This document shows positions 1 through 12,580 of a stretch of DNA of 64,000 nt, piece by piece. A model generated the notes under the pieces. The model was not told the origin of the DNA, did not search any database, and was given only the letters and a program-made list of their open reading frames with translations. Source of the stretch: Moniliella sp. 'wahieum' (Eukaryota); the NCBI GenBank assembly GCA_003971905.1, contig RSEE01000034.1:248001-312000 (forward strand), written 5' to 3'. Both the position numbers and the translations under genes were made by a program. How positions within the stretch are numbered: the first letter of the stretch is position 1; each line of letters begins with the position of its first letter.

Positions 1-230
1 AACTGCGATGACGAAGAGGCGCCTTAAGACTTTAGGCTGATTTGGCCTCATTGTGGATGATGATGCAAGAACGTGTAGAAAGGCATGTGGTCGATGGGTC
101 CGGGTAGGTCTGGACCACTTGCTACTTATGCGGACAGGTTCTGCATTGCTAAAAGCAGATAAGGGGGTCTGGGAATCAAATGCATCATGTATTAACAATA
201 CCATGCTCTCGGGGTCATGCACACAGCGAT

Positions 231-1755
231 CTAGAACGGATACTTCTTGCGGTCGGCATCCTTATCATCACCAGCCCGTTCTTGAGCTGCTCCTCGTGTT
301 TGGCGTCGAGAAAAGGCAAGACGTGGTCGACGTACAAATCACCGCCCTTGTACCAGCGCACATCGTCCGGCCAGCAGCGCATCGAAGAAGCCAAGCGACC
401 AGGCACACCCACTCGTCGACCATAGTGAGAAAGGGGACGATGTACGTGCGCACGGTAAACACAATCGCCTCTGATTTGGGAAGCGACGGAGAGATTGCCG
501 TTCAGTACGCATGACCAGGTGCTCGTAAAAGCGCTGCTGCTCTGCTTCCGACGATTGAGCATGATGAGCTGCACTGATGGCCATCGGATCGTACCCCGGC
601 CGGAGCAATCGGGTTGGGATCGTGGCTCTCCTTGGTAGTTTGGTCATAGTACTCTTCCCGCCCGTTCATCAAGCTTCCCCAGTTGATTTCTGCCGGGTCG
701 GGCATCTCCTTTCCGCCATACGGAAGGGAGGCCAGGTCGTACGCGCTCGACTCGCCCTTGGGACAGAGTTGCAGAAAAAGTTGTTGCGGCTGATAATGTC
801 GTCGGGGTCATGCGGGCAAAGTACTTGTCCATAGGACCCTGCAGCTTGGCCTTGTACTGCGGTACACTGCCTTCATATGCAGCTCCTGCAGTGTCAGCCC
901 CAGTTTGTCGGACAGACGCCAAAAGCCGGCCGTGCACGCGCTCCCGCCAATCACTTGGAACTGATCTCCGCGGGTCGGGTCGCGATCAAAAGGAACGTGT
1001 CGTCCGGTTGAGGCTGCCGACCATCTCGAGTGATCCCTCAGGGTGGTAAGGTCGTACACCTCTTTCAATTCACCTGCCCGCTCCACCGTGTCGTTCCCTT
1101 ACCCGTCAAGATAGGCAGGCAAGACGTGCAGCCGAACCGCCACTTGCTCGCCCGACGAAGAGCTGTGCTCTAACCGAAAAAGTCAGGGTATTTGGTACTC
1201 AACCAATGGCCATGCCCAATCTCCAGAAACGGGCCTCGTGCCGGCCATCGTCACTGGCAAAATGGGTTGGCATTTTCCGGCATGGTCTGTTGCCGCCACC
1301 GACGCAAGGTGTGTGGTACCGAGGAAAGTGACGGTCCAGCCTAAGCCAATCCGACCAGCCGACCTTGACAAGGCCCATGTTGATAGGGTAAATGGGACCC
1401 CAGCGGAACGGACGGTACTTGAACGTTCGGGAATGTCGGATGCACCCCGGGCTCTACCTCGCCTTCCCATGCGAACTTTTGCTGGACTGGCCATAGGAAC
1501 AATGACATAGATACGTTAGCGTTTGGGTTTTTGGTTCCAGCCAAAATACAGATCCGGAAGACGGGAGCGTACCTTAGGATCCGAGGCAAGAGCTGCGACG
1601 GGCTTCTTGACTTGCTGTTGGCGTTGGGCAAGCTGTTGCGCAATCAGCAGGGCGATGGCAGCGACGAGAGCAACCAAGACGGCATGCTTGCCATGCGCCT
1701 CGAACAGGGGCACGAGACTGCTGGCGCTGGTGGTGCTGTTGGCGATGACACTCAT
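231..1755 (-). CDS. DUF3445 / HRQ-family protein (heme-dependent oxidative N-demethylase alpha-like) with N-terminal hydrophobic segment; frameshifted
   Basis: Minus-strand fragments give family-like motifs: ACTAGFWRLSDKLGLTLQELH, VPQYKAKLQGPMDKYFARM, MRTERQSLRRFP..FTVRTYIVP, and a C-terminal RKKYPF-stop at 231-233. N-terminus MSVIANS..HAVLVALVAAIALLIA. Confidence 0.8.
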
Positions 1756-2603
1756 GTGGGTGAATGGAGGGGGGGGGGGGGGGTCACACTGGGAGCCCTT
1801 GTATAAGGTGCCGCAAATTTACCAATCGTCGGGTGGCTGGCGAAGGGAGAGGCTGGGACAAAGGATGGGTGTGGAGTCTGACCGACCTAAGGGGCAGGTA
1901 CTAGGCTGGTATACGAGCTGCTTGGCTGTCGCCGTCAAAGGGCCCAAGCGGTTAGACGGGCAAGGAAGCCGGCGCCCCCAGTGCTCTTGCCTTTCTCTAT
2001 TACGCGTTACGCACATCGGATGGCGGTGATTAGCGCGCTCTTTATTGAACCCAACCGCTCAGCCTCAGCGGCTGAGCCATGGCCAATCACGCATCTGGCA
2101 TCACACATCCCCCTTCCACCACCACCCATGCACAAAATTCAGTGCCGGCATCCGCACAGCGCCTGTGTCAGCGCGCTTGTTGATTAGATTGCGGGAGGGA
2201 GATTAGATTAGGCCTTGGAGCACGCCTGGCTGCTGGACGTAGCCGTGCTGGCACCAGCCGGCGGCCTCTCTGGCCTCTTCTCCAGCACGGGCTTTACCCC
2301 CAGCGCCTCCCATCTTTCTCGCCTAGCACCCGATCCGTGTCCCCGACCCCCTCTTTCAGTCGGCCCGAGGCAGATGCGGCGAGCCAAGGGTGGGTGCGCA
2401 GTACACAGGTCCGCGCTCTGATCTGTGTCGCTACTATACTCGGCCACCGAGTCGCTGTGACCAAAGATACACGCCCAAACCAAGGGGAGACACCGATTGG
2501 CATAAATACCCCTCCCCTCGCCTCGTCCCTTCTCTTTCCCCACCCACCCCTCCCAGTCCCTCCTCTTCGGCCCTTGTTCCACCGCCCTTTTATCTCTGCC
2601 GCC

Positions 2604-3023
2604 ATGTCCCTCCTCAAGGTCAACCCCCAGCCCGAGCCCAAGTACGGTGACTTGGCACCGGCGCCTTTCTTGGCGACATTGCCTCGTCCAACCTCAACGA
2701 CCTAACCTCGGGTTTCTAATCCAGAAGAAGGACCCCAAGGGCTGACCTACACTTACACGTACAAGGAACAGAGTGCGTCCTCCCCCTCCCCCACCCACTA
2801 TCCCCCTACCGCGTGCAAAGGAGGTGTACTAACTCAGCCGTGGTTGTGCAATGCTTTAGAGATCGTGCTGTCGGGTACGCTGGAGGTGAAGAACCTTGAG
2901 ACTGGCGAGGAGTTCACCGCAAAGCAGGGTGACGTGTTGGTGATTGAGAATGGGGCTCAGCTCTGGTTCAACTCGCCGGATGAGGCCAAGGTGTTCTATG
3001 TTGCGATGCGCGGCAAGATGTAA
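2604..3023 (+). CDS. EutQ-like cupin (fungal ethanolamine-utilisation-type), one intron at ~2773-2858
   Basis: MSLLKVNPQ..AFLGDIASS..TSGF..LTYTYTYKEQ, then a GTGCGT..TTTAG intron, then KIVLSGTLEVKNLETGEEFTAKQGDVLVIENGAQLWF..KVFYV and stop at 3021-3023. This matches the EutQ YTYTY-E-KI-L-G / GDV cupin pattern. Confidence 0.75.
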
Positions 3024-3736
3024 GCGCCATTGTAGCATGTCGGACATTAGTACATCTATCATTCACAAATAACAAACCCATCCTGGTTCTCGGTAACTTT
3101 TCCCATCATCTTCCCCGTGTGTGTTGGTGCATCTTATAGTTCTTCTTTCTTGCCTTCGTCGAGATTCTGGTATGAACTGGCGGATGCACACATCATAAAG
3201 GCTAGTGGATCCGGATCTCATTTCTGGGCTTGCACTCCTTGCCAGTGAGCTCCACATAAAAGCGCTATGATGCATGATAAGCATGTTGGCGAGTACTGCA
3301 TCCACTCTCCGCCTGCTTTTGTAACGCCCCTCGCCGATTCTCTTCTCCATCGAGATGCATCTCAGCAGCATGCTACACTTCTAGTCCTCCCTCTTCCCCT
3401 TTTCTTCCTCCTAAAACGGGGGACGGTAGCAGTGAAAGAGTCGAATTATCGATTACCGTCCAACTGGTGTGGCTTCCACTTCACAGTATGCATATGTGAG
3501 TACAGCAGTCTAGGTATACATCATCGGACTATATCAATCCTTATTGTTCTTGGTGTATTAGAAAGAGATGTTGGCACAGGAGACCCAGAACACTACATAG
3601 ACAGGACCGCGAGAGAAAAGAGAGAAGCAGGAACATGAACTAGACAAAAGCACAATAGAGGGGGGCACATGCATACGAAATATGGAAGGGTACACCGTCG
3701 CACACCGGGCATATGTCAGTGCCGAGAGCCAACGAA

Positions 3737-5668
3737 TCAACCCTGGTTGACCGACTTGACACGCAATGTTGGCTTGCTCTTCGCCCCATTCGTGTTCTTC
3801 AGTTCGACGCGCGCGCGCTTCGCCGGAGGAGGAAGGGAGATGGGATCTACTGGCACGACCGTCTCGGTGCAAGCAACAGGGGGGCGAATGCCCTGGGGGA
3901 ACAGGGGTTTCCACCCGGCCTTTTTCGTTTGGGATTTTTTCATGCTGAACACGCCCCAGGGAGATTGCATCTCTTCGGCACCGGCACTGGCTCGTGTCTG
4001 TACCGTCGTTGATCCTTGGTCTGGCCTTTTGCCTTAAATGCCTCAACAGTCGTGCGTACCAACGCATCTGACCGCGCTTGCGCTTGCGCACGTAACGTTC
4101 CACTGCGTTTCTTTCCCTGGGCCAGGCTGGGAAAAGGACCGGTAAGCTGCTCTTGCTGCTGCTGCTTCTGTAGTTCATTCTGCTGCTGCGGTGCCATGTG
4201 CTTGGCCATCGCGACCTGGGCCTCACCTCTGTCCCCTGTCCCACCCCCCACCGAATCATCTGAAAGTGAAGACCACTTTGTCCCAGGTGACACCACCTCC
4301 ACCAAGGTCCTTGACGGCGAGGCTTCTTCTTCAGCGGCATTGGTCCCCCACTGTGCTTCAGCGGCAGTTGCTCCCCACTGTGAAGGATGAAGGTGTATGC
4401 GGGGGACCATGCCTTGCTCCATTGGCATTGGGATCATCGGGATGGGCGGGGATGCAATTGAACCCAAGACGGTACTTTGGTCCAACGACGTGCCAACAAG
4501 CGACTGGTCTGGCCAGGCGGACGAAGCAGAACCGGACAAACTGCTTGCCCCAATGTGCCCTTGCTGGTGCACCGACTCGCGCCGCCACTCTGCCTTGGCA
4601 TCGTGCAGGGCGAGATCCGGTTCGTCCCACGTAAGTCCCAGCCCGCAGGCCCGAGGGGCGGGGGAACGCACTGATATGCCCCGCCTCGGCGCGCGGGATC
4701 CAGGTGCCCGAGTATGTATGAGCTCGACGGTTGGGACGTGGGATCCGGAGCGGGGAACAGGGGAGTAGCGCCATCCCACGAGGCTGATGGACGAGGCAAA
4801 TGCGAATGGAAATGCAAGGGCAAATGCGAATGCGCCCGTTCCTCTTCGGGGTACATATTTAGCACGGTAGGAAACCTACCGTTCTCCGAGCTGCCCAGTT
4901 TGGGCGCGGGCGGTACCGTGTAGCGTCGGAAGGAGGTGCCAGCGCGGGGGAACATGCTGAATGGCGAGGTCGGTAGGCGTCCCAAACGAGGCCCGGTCCG
5001 GCCATGTCAGCATGCGAGACAGTGGCATATTCTGCACATTGGGATTGACTGTCTGGCTCCTGAGACAGTGGGGCGGGGTCGGTACACAGCCTGGTGCCCT
5101 GGTCGGCGAATGCGCGGGGGGCATAGGGTGATAATGTGGGGTAGGAAGAGCGTATGGTCGAGTGGGACTGGAGCACCTGACCCAGGCGGGGAAGAAGACG
5201 GTGGGGCGCATCGCCTCGGGCCCGTGGCGAGTGCGAGTGTGAGTCGGGTAGTTTGCTGCATGTCACACCGGGGGAAGAGAGCGAAGAAGGGAGCGTCGCT
5301 CGTGAGATCTCACAAGTGGAGAGAGTACCTGGTCTCGACGATCGAGATTCGGGGCTGCAAGAACCGCCCGACTCCAACTCCACCGGCAACCCCGATTCCG
5401 AGGACTTGGCTGCGGCCCGACCCAGCTCTTCGTCAGGAAGGAGGTGGAGAGCGGTATTGTGGGGTGCTGTTGGGGAGGCGTGAGGGCCGCTCGACCGCCG
5501 CTGGGCACTGGGCGATCGCACTGGGGAGGGACCAAAGCCCCCCCTGGACGAGGCGGAAATGTGCATGTCGGGCGTAAAGGACGGGGAGGGGATGAGACCC
5601 GCCATGGCCATGATGCCCGTAGAAGGTGTGTTGAGACAGCGGGGGGGTCGGAGCGCCGATGGGCCCAT
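3737..5668 (-). CDS. Hypothetical Ser/Pro-rich protein with basic C-terminus (frameshifted)
   Basis: Chain of overlapping minus-strand ORFs (4859-6052, 3940-4779, 3737-3970) preceded by a pyrimidine-rich 5' leader. Poly-Q and an NLS-like PPAKRAR are present. No domain recognised. Confidence 0.4.
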
Positions 5669-8246
5669 GGTGTCAATCCAGTCCCCGATAGCAAAGGAGG
5701 GAAGTGCGCGCTGGTTGGGTTGGAGGAAAGAGAGGCATGCGAAGTGTGAGGGAGGAATGGCGAGGGAGATGTTGCTCGGAAAGGGCTGTAGGCCGGCGAG
5801 GAGTGTGGTTGAAGGCACAGGACGCGTGGGAGTGGGTATCGATCGGATCCGAGGCGGGTGGGTGGGTGGGGATGTGTTTTGGAGGGCATTATGCGGGTGC
5901 AAAAAAGAGTGTGTGTGGCGTGGATGCTGGGTATGGGTGCGAGAGAGCGGGCGGGAAAAAAGTGTGGCGGGGGGAGGGGAGGAGGAGGAGGAGAGGGATG
6001 GCGAGGGCCGAGAGAGGAAAGAAGGAGGGGGGTGGCAGTGCAGAAGAGGCAAGGGCTGGAGGGCGATGGAGGAGAGGGTTATAAGGGGGGCGTATTAATC
6101 CCTCACCTGCCTCCTCAGGCAGAGAGAAGACAGCGCCAAGGAGCAGAGGCCGCCCTCGGTACGCGGCGCTTGAGAGATGTACTCAGCATAGGTGCGTATG
6201 CGCACAGCCCGCGTACTCAGTCCACCCCGAGTACACATTCTCGCCCCCCTGCATGCACGCTGCCCAACACCGACGCGTGCAGTTATACCAACCCCCGCCC
6301 GCCTCCCCGCCTCTCACTGGCCCTGAGCCGAGGTGCAGCCCCACTGCCCGCCTGCCGCCTCACGCCTGCACCCTCCCGATCGGCACAACACCACCGCCAT
6401 GGCGGCACTGCTGCCCACTTGGCGTTCTGACGTGCACAAGGGGCACAAGGCACCACGCCAGTCCCATCCCATCCGCGCCGAGGCGGAAGCTCGGCAGGTG
6501 CAGTGCTTGCGGGGCGGGCAGTGGCTGGCAGTGGCGCGCATGTTGAGACCCCCTGCTGCACTGGAGCGAGTGGGTTGGCGTGTGCCTTGCGTGCCGCACA
6601 TGCATCATGCATCATGCTCCGGCACGCCTATGCGCTCCTAGGCCATGTCACATGTCACGTGGCTCTGACAGCCACACACTGGGCCGACCGAGGTTCAGCA
6701 GCACATTCCTACAGTCGACAGGCGCAATCCAGTGACGCCCATAGTTGACTCGCCTGGAATTGCGGTGCATCTGGATCGGGATAGGATAGCGACCTACATG
6801 CCTGCCACGCCGGAACGTTGCCGGTCCCCTCCTCGTCCACTCTCCCATGCCTGCCCACAGCGTCAGAGACGTGCTGAACTGATCAGGACGATCCTCCTCT
6901 GGCAGCTGTGAATTCAGAGCGGCCCGCTCGTTCATAGCAAAAAGTCGGCTCTCTGTTACATCGCCATGTCGCATTACCGTCATGTCCCCTTCCCCATATC
7001 CACTTCCTATAAAGTTCGGCGCGTTCGTCGTTCACCTTTTTGTTCCTCTCATACTACCTTGTGGCTGAAGACCTGTGGAAGTAAAAGTGGTTACCTGTTG
7101 AGCTGGGTGGCTCGTGCTTTGGCCACTATATCCTTTCAGTTCCTCCTCAGGCTTAGGAGTTCCCCTGTTTTCCCTCTCCTGTTTTCTCCTTGCCCTGCAG
7201 CTTACCCCTGATGGCGACTCGCTGCTTGATATTCCTCTGTAGGCATTGCTGTGGTTGCCACACCCACCCAAACCACCAGTGCGATTCCATCACCCTCGAA
7301 GACCACCAGGACTCCAGGTCTCATCATTACACTCTCCTCCAATACCCTGTGACCATTACCGCCGTGCAGTGAGCCCACCACATTCGATCGAGCATGCCCC
7401 TTAGTCCACGCAGCCATGCTCCTCCCGACTCTAGCCCCGCGGGGAACATATACGATCCCGATGAAGCGCGCCCGGCGTACGTCCACGTTCCGCCGGTCCC
7501 GCCCACCTTCTCACAAGATCTCCTTCGTCACCATCCAATAATGCATCCGTTCGCTCGACCGTGTGTCAGTTTTGTTGGCCTGTGCGCGGCCCATCTTATC
7601 CCGAGCGGCAGGCGAGATGCGTCCCGCCACATATGCATGAGTGCCTCGGGTGGAACAAGGCCACCTACCCACCACGCACTTAGGAGGTGATTCGAGTCAG
7701 AAGCAGATGGTGAAACTGGGCCTGGTGATCCGCGTCGACGGCCTGAAATGCCTAAACCGATGTGGAAGGCAGAGAGGCGTGTAGCCCGTCGCTGCACTCA
7801 CTCAGTTACTCGGGACTCACGTTAATTGGGGCAGGCGTTGACCCATCTCGATCATGCAGAGGCCAGTGCGGCACCACTCAGCCTACGTTTTGAAATCGAA
7901 TGGGGTACATGCGCACGGGGCACAAAGGTGTACGTCAGCCGGATGGGGCTGGCGAACGAGGAGCGACGCCTATAGTCTGAGCGCTGATCGCTGATCACCG
8001 ATGGGGTCACTGAAACATTCAAATGGACTGGTTGGGTGTCGTGCGCTTCAAGTTGCGGCGCTGAAGCGGTCAAGCTCCGAGGCTCAGGCTAAGCCAAGGC
8101 CACGCGTTCCGTTCGGTGGGGTCTCCTCGGCCTGCACGGCGAAACGCCGTTTCCTCCCCCGGGATAGCCACCGCCATCACCACACCACCACCACCCCGCC
8201 CCCTTGCGTCGGTCTTCCTCCCCAGGTGTAGCCGCCCTCTGGAACC

Positions 8247-9320
8247 ATGAGCAGCTCAGACCGCAAGCAACTTGAAGAAATGGGCTTCGAGCCCGAACGT
8301 GTGGCGTGGGCGTTGCGTGTAACGGGCAACGCAGGGTTGCAGCCCGGCATGGACCACCTGGTCGAACATGCCGAAGAGCCCGTACCCGCCGAGGCGGAGC
8401 AAGCCGCTGAAGGTGAAGTGGCAGCGAGCGAAACTGCCACGTACGTTTTCCCTCCCCTCGCCACCTTCGCCTCATTCCCTGGTGTTGCATTCATCCGAGT
8501 GCCTGCCTGCGTTGGCGTTGGACAAAGTCCGTACTAACTGCCTCTTTCTTTTTTGGGGGGGTACTGTAGTCCATTCTGTGCACCGAATGTGGTAAGCGTT
8601 TCCGCAACCAAGCGTATGCTCAGTTCCATGCTGAAAGTCGGGCCACACTGCGTTTTGAGAGCACCGAGGAAATTGCCCCGCTGACCGAGAGGAGAAGAAG
8701 GCCAAGCTGAGAGATGCGAAAGAACTTGGCGGAGAAACGGGCCAAGCAGTCGGTGCTGGACCAAGAGGAAGCGAAGCGCAACGAGTATGATTCGTCGCAA
8801 GGCGGGCAAAGATGTTGGTCTGGCCCGGGAAGAGTTGCAGGCCAAGCAACGTGCCAAGGAGGCGCTCCAGAAGGAACAGGAGCGCCCGCCGACCTTGAGG
8901 CCAAGAAACGTGTGCGCGAGCAAATTGCTGCTGACAAGCGCGAACGCGCTGAGAAGGCGCGGATCGAGAAAGCTCGTAGGAAGGTCGTTTGGACGAGGCA
9001 GCCACTTGGCTTCGTCGGCAGTGGTGGCTCCTGCCGCCACGCGCGCGGCCCCGGCTGTGGTCCAAGAAGGCTAATGCCAATGAGGCTCGGTTTGCGCGTG
9101 CGTTTGGGTAATGTCAGACTGGCAAGGTACGTTGCCTGCTGAGGCCTCTTTGGCCGAGGTCGAACGGGCCATCTTGACGCAGGGCAAGTCGCAGGGCCCG
9201 CGTCTATCGCTTTCTACCACGTTCCCGCGCAAGGTGTTTACCGATGCAGAGAAGGAACAGTCGCTGCGCGAGTTGGGGCTCGTGCCCAATGCGGCGCTCG
9301 AGGGTCATGATATCTACTGA
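8247..9320 (+). CDS. UBA + C2H2-type zinc finger + coiled coil + UBX domain protein (UBXN1/SAKS1-like Cdc48 cofactor)
   Basis: UBA: QLEEMGFEPERVAWAL. After an intron at ~8440-8569: CTECGKRFRNQAYAQFHAEKSGH, AKKRVREQIAADKRER, and a UBX C-terminus LSTTFPRKVF..SLRELGLVPNAAL. Confidence 0.85.
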
Positions 9321-9647
9321 GCGTCCCGGATTGGGTCCGAGGAGGGTTTGATGTATGATGATGAATGTACTTTGAATTGAGCCCGGCAACGAGTAGCGGG
9401 GAGAACGTTGGGGGGGACTTTAGACGTCATGCGAGTTTAAGGTGAGCTAGACGTCGTGATGTGTTACTAGGCCAGGGAGGGCGGCGAGAAGATCGGGAGA
9501 ACGGCGAGAGTAGTAGTATCCACCTGATCCAGGCAAAGAGGAGAAAGAAGGAACTACTATCGTCAGCCTATGTCCCCTGGAATGGCAAGCCAATCAAAAA
9601 GAGATTAAACATGGCTGGCTGATCGCGCTGATCAGCGATAATACCGA

Positions 9648-10310
9648 TGGCAAAGTGATGACTAGTACTATACAACTCCTGCATTCATTCATGTCCCTCT
9701 CCCCTCCCCCTCCATCTCTTGGCGAAGTGATGATTATAAGGACTTCCGAGGTTGCCAGTGCGTCGGCTATACAGCTCTCCATTGTCCCACCCCCTTTCTC
9801 CCCCCTCCATCTCTCGGCAGTGTGATGATTATAAGGACTTCCGAGGTTGCCAGTGCGTCGGCTATACAGCTCCATTGTCCCACCCCTTTCTCCCCCTCCA
9901 TCTCTCGGCAGTGTGATGAGATAAGATCCGAGGTTGCCAGTGCGTCGGCTATACAGCTCCTGCATTCATTCATGTCCCTCCCCCACTCCCCCCCTCCATC
10001 TCTTGGCAAAGTGATGATTATAAGGACTTCCGAGGTTGCCAGTGCGTCGGCTATACAGCTCCTGCATTCATTCATGTCCCTCCCCCACTCCCCCCCTCCA
10101 TCTCTTGGCAAAGTGATGATTATAAGGACTTCCGAGGTTGCCAGTGCGTCGGCTATACAGCTCCTGCATTCATTCATGTCCCTCCCCCACTCCCCCCCTC
10201 CATCTCTTGGCAAAGTGATGATTATAAGGACTTCCGAGGTTGCCACTGCGTCCTGTAGTATATAGCTCGTCTTGCATTGTCCTTCCCCCCTCCCCCCCCC
10301 TCCATCTCTC
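9648..10310. repeat. Tandem array: 6 full cores plus 1 partial, period ~91-102 bp
   Basis: Core GTGATGATTATAAGGACTTCCGAGGTTGCCAGTGCGTCGGCTATACAGCTC starts at 9727, 9822, 9913, 10011, 10113 and 10215 (the last diverged), with a partial at 9655. The last three cores are exactly 102 bp apart. Confidence 0.95.
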
Positions 10311-10501
10311 CACATCCACCCGAGCACGTTGTCCGAGCAAGATGGACACCCCCACACACCGGCTGCCCCCCTCCTCCCCGGCCAGAGCGAGCAGGTGACC
10401 GGATGCTCGCCACATTTCGGGGCATACATACCCCTCGCCACTGACCAGTTCATTGCCGAGTGCAGAGCGGGCGGATCGCAGCGACAGAGGTGGCGGACAA
10501 G

Positions 10502-12112
10502 ATGTACCGTTCATCGCTACCTTTCAACAAATCCCAGAATGTCCAACCGGCCATGGGAGCTAGTCTGCCCTCCGCCTGTCCTGCCGTCGCTACAGCAAGC
10601 CCCTCATTGACATCTGCATCGACATCGACATCAACATCGACATCGTCGTCGACACCCCGTTCTCCCGACCTCGATGCTTGCCTCCGCAACCACCGCTGGC
10701 TCATCCGCACCTGGTTCAGCGCCTCCCCCAGGCCCCCCACACCCCAGCAACCCATTTGCACTCCCAGTGAGGCCCTGGCCAAGCTGCAAAGCATAGAAGC
10801 GCAGTTGCATGCGGAATGCGTCACCCTCCAGACCAAGCTGACCAGCTTGACTGCCAACCCGTCCGAGGCTAGGCAGGGTGAGAAGGCGCGCACGGAGATG
10901 CAATTGCCGAGAAGCAGCGCCAATTGCTCCAGTTCAAACAGACTTGCATCGGAACATCCACCTCTTTCTTCAGACCACTGGGAAGCAACAGTACGAAGGT
11001 GCCTTGACCAGCCAGGCTCCTACTTTTGCTCCTACTCTTACTCATACCACTACTACCGCTTCCACTTCCAATACCATTACCCTTCCAATGCCATTACCAA
11101 TATTAACGCTTGGTCCCCTGCCCCTGCTCTCGCGTCTTTCCCTACATTCTCTAACCGGCTCCTACCTTGGCTTCCGCCCTTCGTGCGCCGGCAATAACCA
11201 TTTCCCTCCCACCTTAACCGCACCCTCTCCTTTCCCGGCTCTCTTCCTCCCTTCTTCCAGCCCACCTCCGTTGCCCACCACATGGGCCGGGTCACCGCTA
11301 GGGACGCCCGTACGAACGGGTACCCCTCTCACCGAGGAGAAGGGATCCAATGTGGCCGTATCCCAACCTGCCTCCGCCACCTACGGTATCGCTCCGGCCC
11401 GGTCGGGAAGTACAGTAACCACTTCCTCATCTTTCCTCTCCCCTGTCGCGACCCCTAGCACAGTGCAATTCACCGCTCCCCACCAAGGTTTTTTGGGTAG
11501 TGACGCGGCGCTTGCCTCCCCAGCTACGTTGCAGCTGCCCGCCGTCTTGCCCAAGGGCGCTTTGGGAACATGGACCACAGGGCCGGCCAAAGCAGACAAA
11601 GATCTAACAGCTGAAGAGCGGGAGAAGCTGCTCGATTTGCCCCCGGAGGGCCAGGCCGGTTCAAGTGCAAGTATGGTCCCGCTGCACGAAGAGCGCGTAG
11701 AGAGGCCAAGGGCAACGTCCGTATCAATTTCCGGACCGTCTGAGCGGTCTGGGCGGTCGGTGCAGTCGGGGCAGTCGCCTATGCGTACTAGTATGCAGAG
11801 CCGCTTGGACACCCAGCGCCGGTTTCAGGCTTTGGTGGGCGATTGGTACCGGCGGGGCCAATCTTCGAGGACCAAGCGCAGGAGTTGTTGCTCGCGGTGG
11901 CAGAAGAGTTGTTGATTTACGACGCGCATGGCGTGTCAGTTGGCCAAGCATCGTGGTTCCGATCGGTTAGGGTCCGCGACGTACAGCTTCACTCGAACGC
12001 AATTGGAACATGCACGTGCCATTCCATGACAACACCGGTCCGGTTGCCCCCCGGCCTACTAGGGGCCGAGGCTCAGCACCAGGTGGGACCAACAAGAAAA
12101 AAGTATAATTGA
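10502..12112 (+). CDS. TAF12: TFIID/SAGA subunit TAF12 (C-terminal histone fold, long low-complexity N-terminus); frameshifted, start uncertain
   Basis: Across frames at 11810-12030: RRFQALVG..EDQAQELLLAVAEE..ACQLAKHRGSDRL.VRDVQLH.ERNWNMHVP, the TAF12 histone-fold signature. Confidence 0.8.
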
Positions 12113-12399
12113 ATCGCGAAACTAAGGTAGTATACTACTACTACGGAAGGGTGGTGTCCTTTTGGCATCAATACACTTTTCAGTCAATACACTTTTCAGT
12201 TTTCTTCCAAGTTGTTGGGGGTTCGCTCTGCATAACGTCAGATCAGTCGGATCCTGTACATGCTGGGATATAGATATGACTGGGGGGATAGAGGCGCGAG
12301 AATCAGAAGGGATATGGTGCATGGTCCTGGGGCCCTCAAAAGGCAACGTCGAATACAGAAATCGGTTGCAAAAGCCGCGGTTGGGAAGCGATAAAAATA

Positions 12400-12471
12400 T
12401 GCCTCCTAGCCGAATCGAACGACTAATCTTCGCATTACGAGTGCGACGCCTTACCATTGAGCCAAAGAGGC
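12400..12471 (-). tRNA. tRNA-Thr (CGT)
   Basis: Reverse complement is GCCTCTTTGGCTCAATGGTAAGGCGTCGCACTCGTAATGCGAAGATTAGTCGTTCGATTCGGCTAGGAGGCA. Acceptor stem GCCTCTT/AGGAGGC, anticodon arm TCGCA-CTCGTAA-TGCGA, T-loop GTTCGATTC, T5 terminator downstream. Confidence 0.95.
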
Positions 12472-12580
12472 GTATGCCGTTTCTGCATCTACAGTGGCAC
12501 CATAATAGGTCTCATGTGAGGATTAGACAAGCCTCGTACTTCAAACTAACCTTGAGAACTCTGAGTGAGGTGTTTAGAAT

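Noticed and set aside
6950..7850. Gene or gag fragment (FLSYYLVAEDLWK) upstream of the UBX gene
   Set aside because: Only one weak motif, short ORFs and no supporting structure.
9700..10260. Tandem hammerhead or HDV-like ribozymes, or canonical C/D snoRNAs
   Set aside because: The unit has GTGATGA, not CTGATGA with a downstream GAAA. An HDV fold gives only weak P1/P2 helices, and no terminal box D (CTGA) is present. Not supportable without a covariance search.
9648..10310. CRISPR array
   Set aside because: The inter-core segments are two recurring sequences, not unique spacers. The context is eukaryotic and there are no cas genes.
9594..10453. Repeat-peptide ORFs on both strands of the array
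   Set aside because: They are a by-product of a 102-bp (34-codon) period lacking stops, with no protein-like features.
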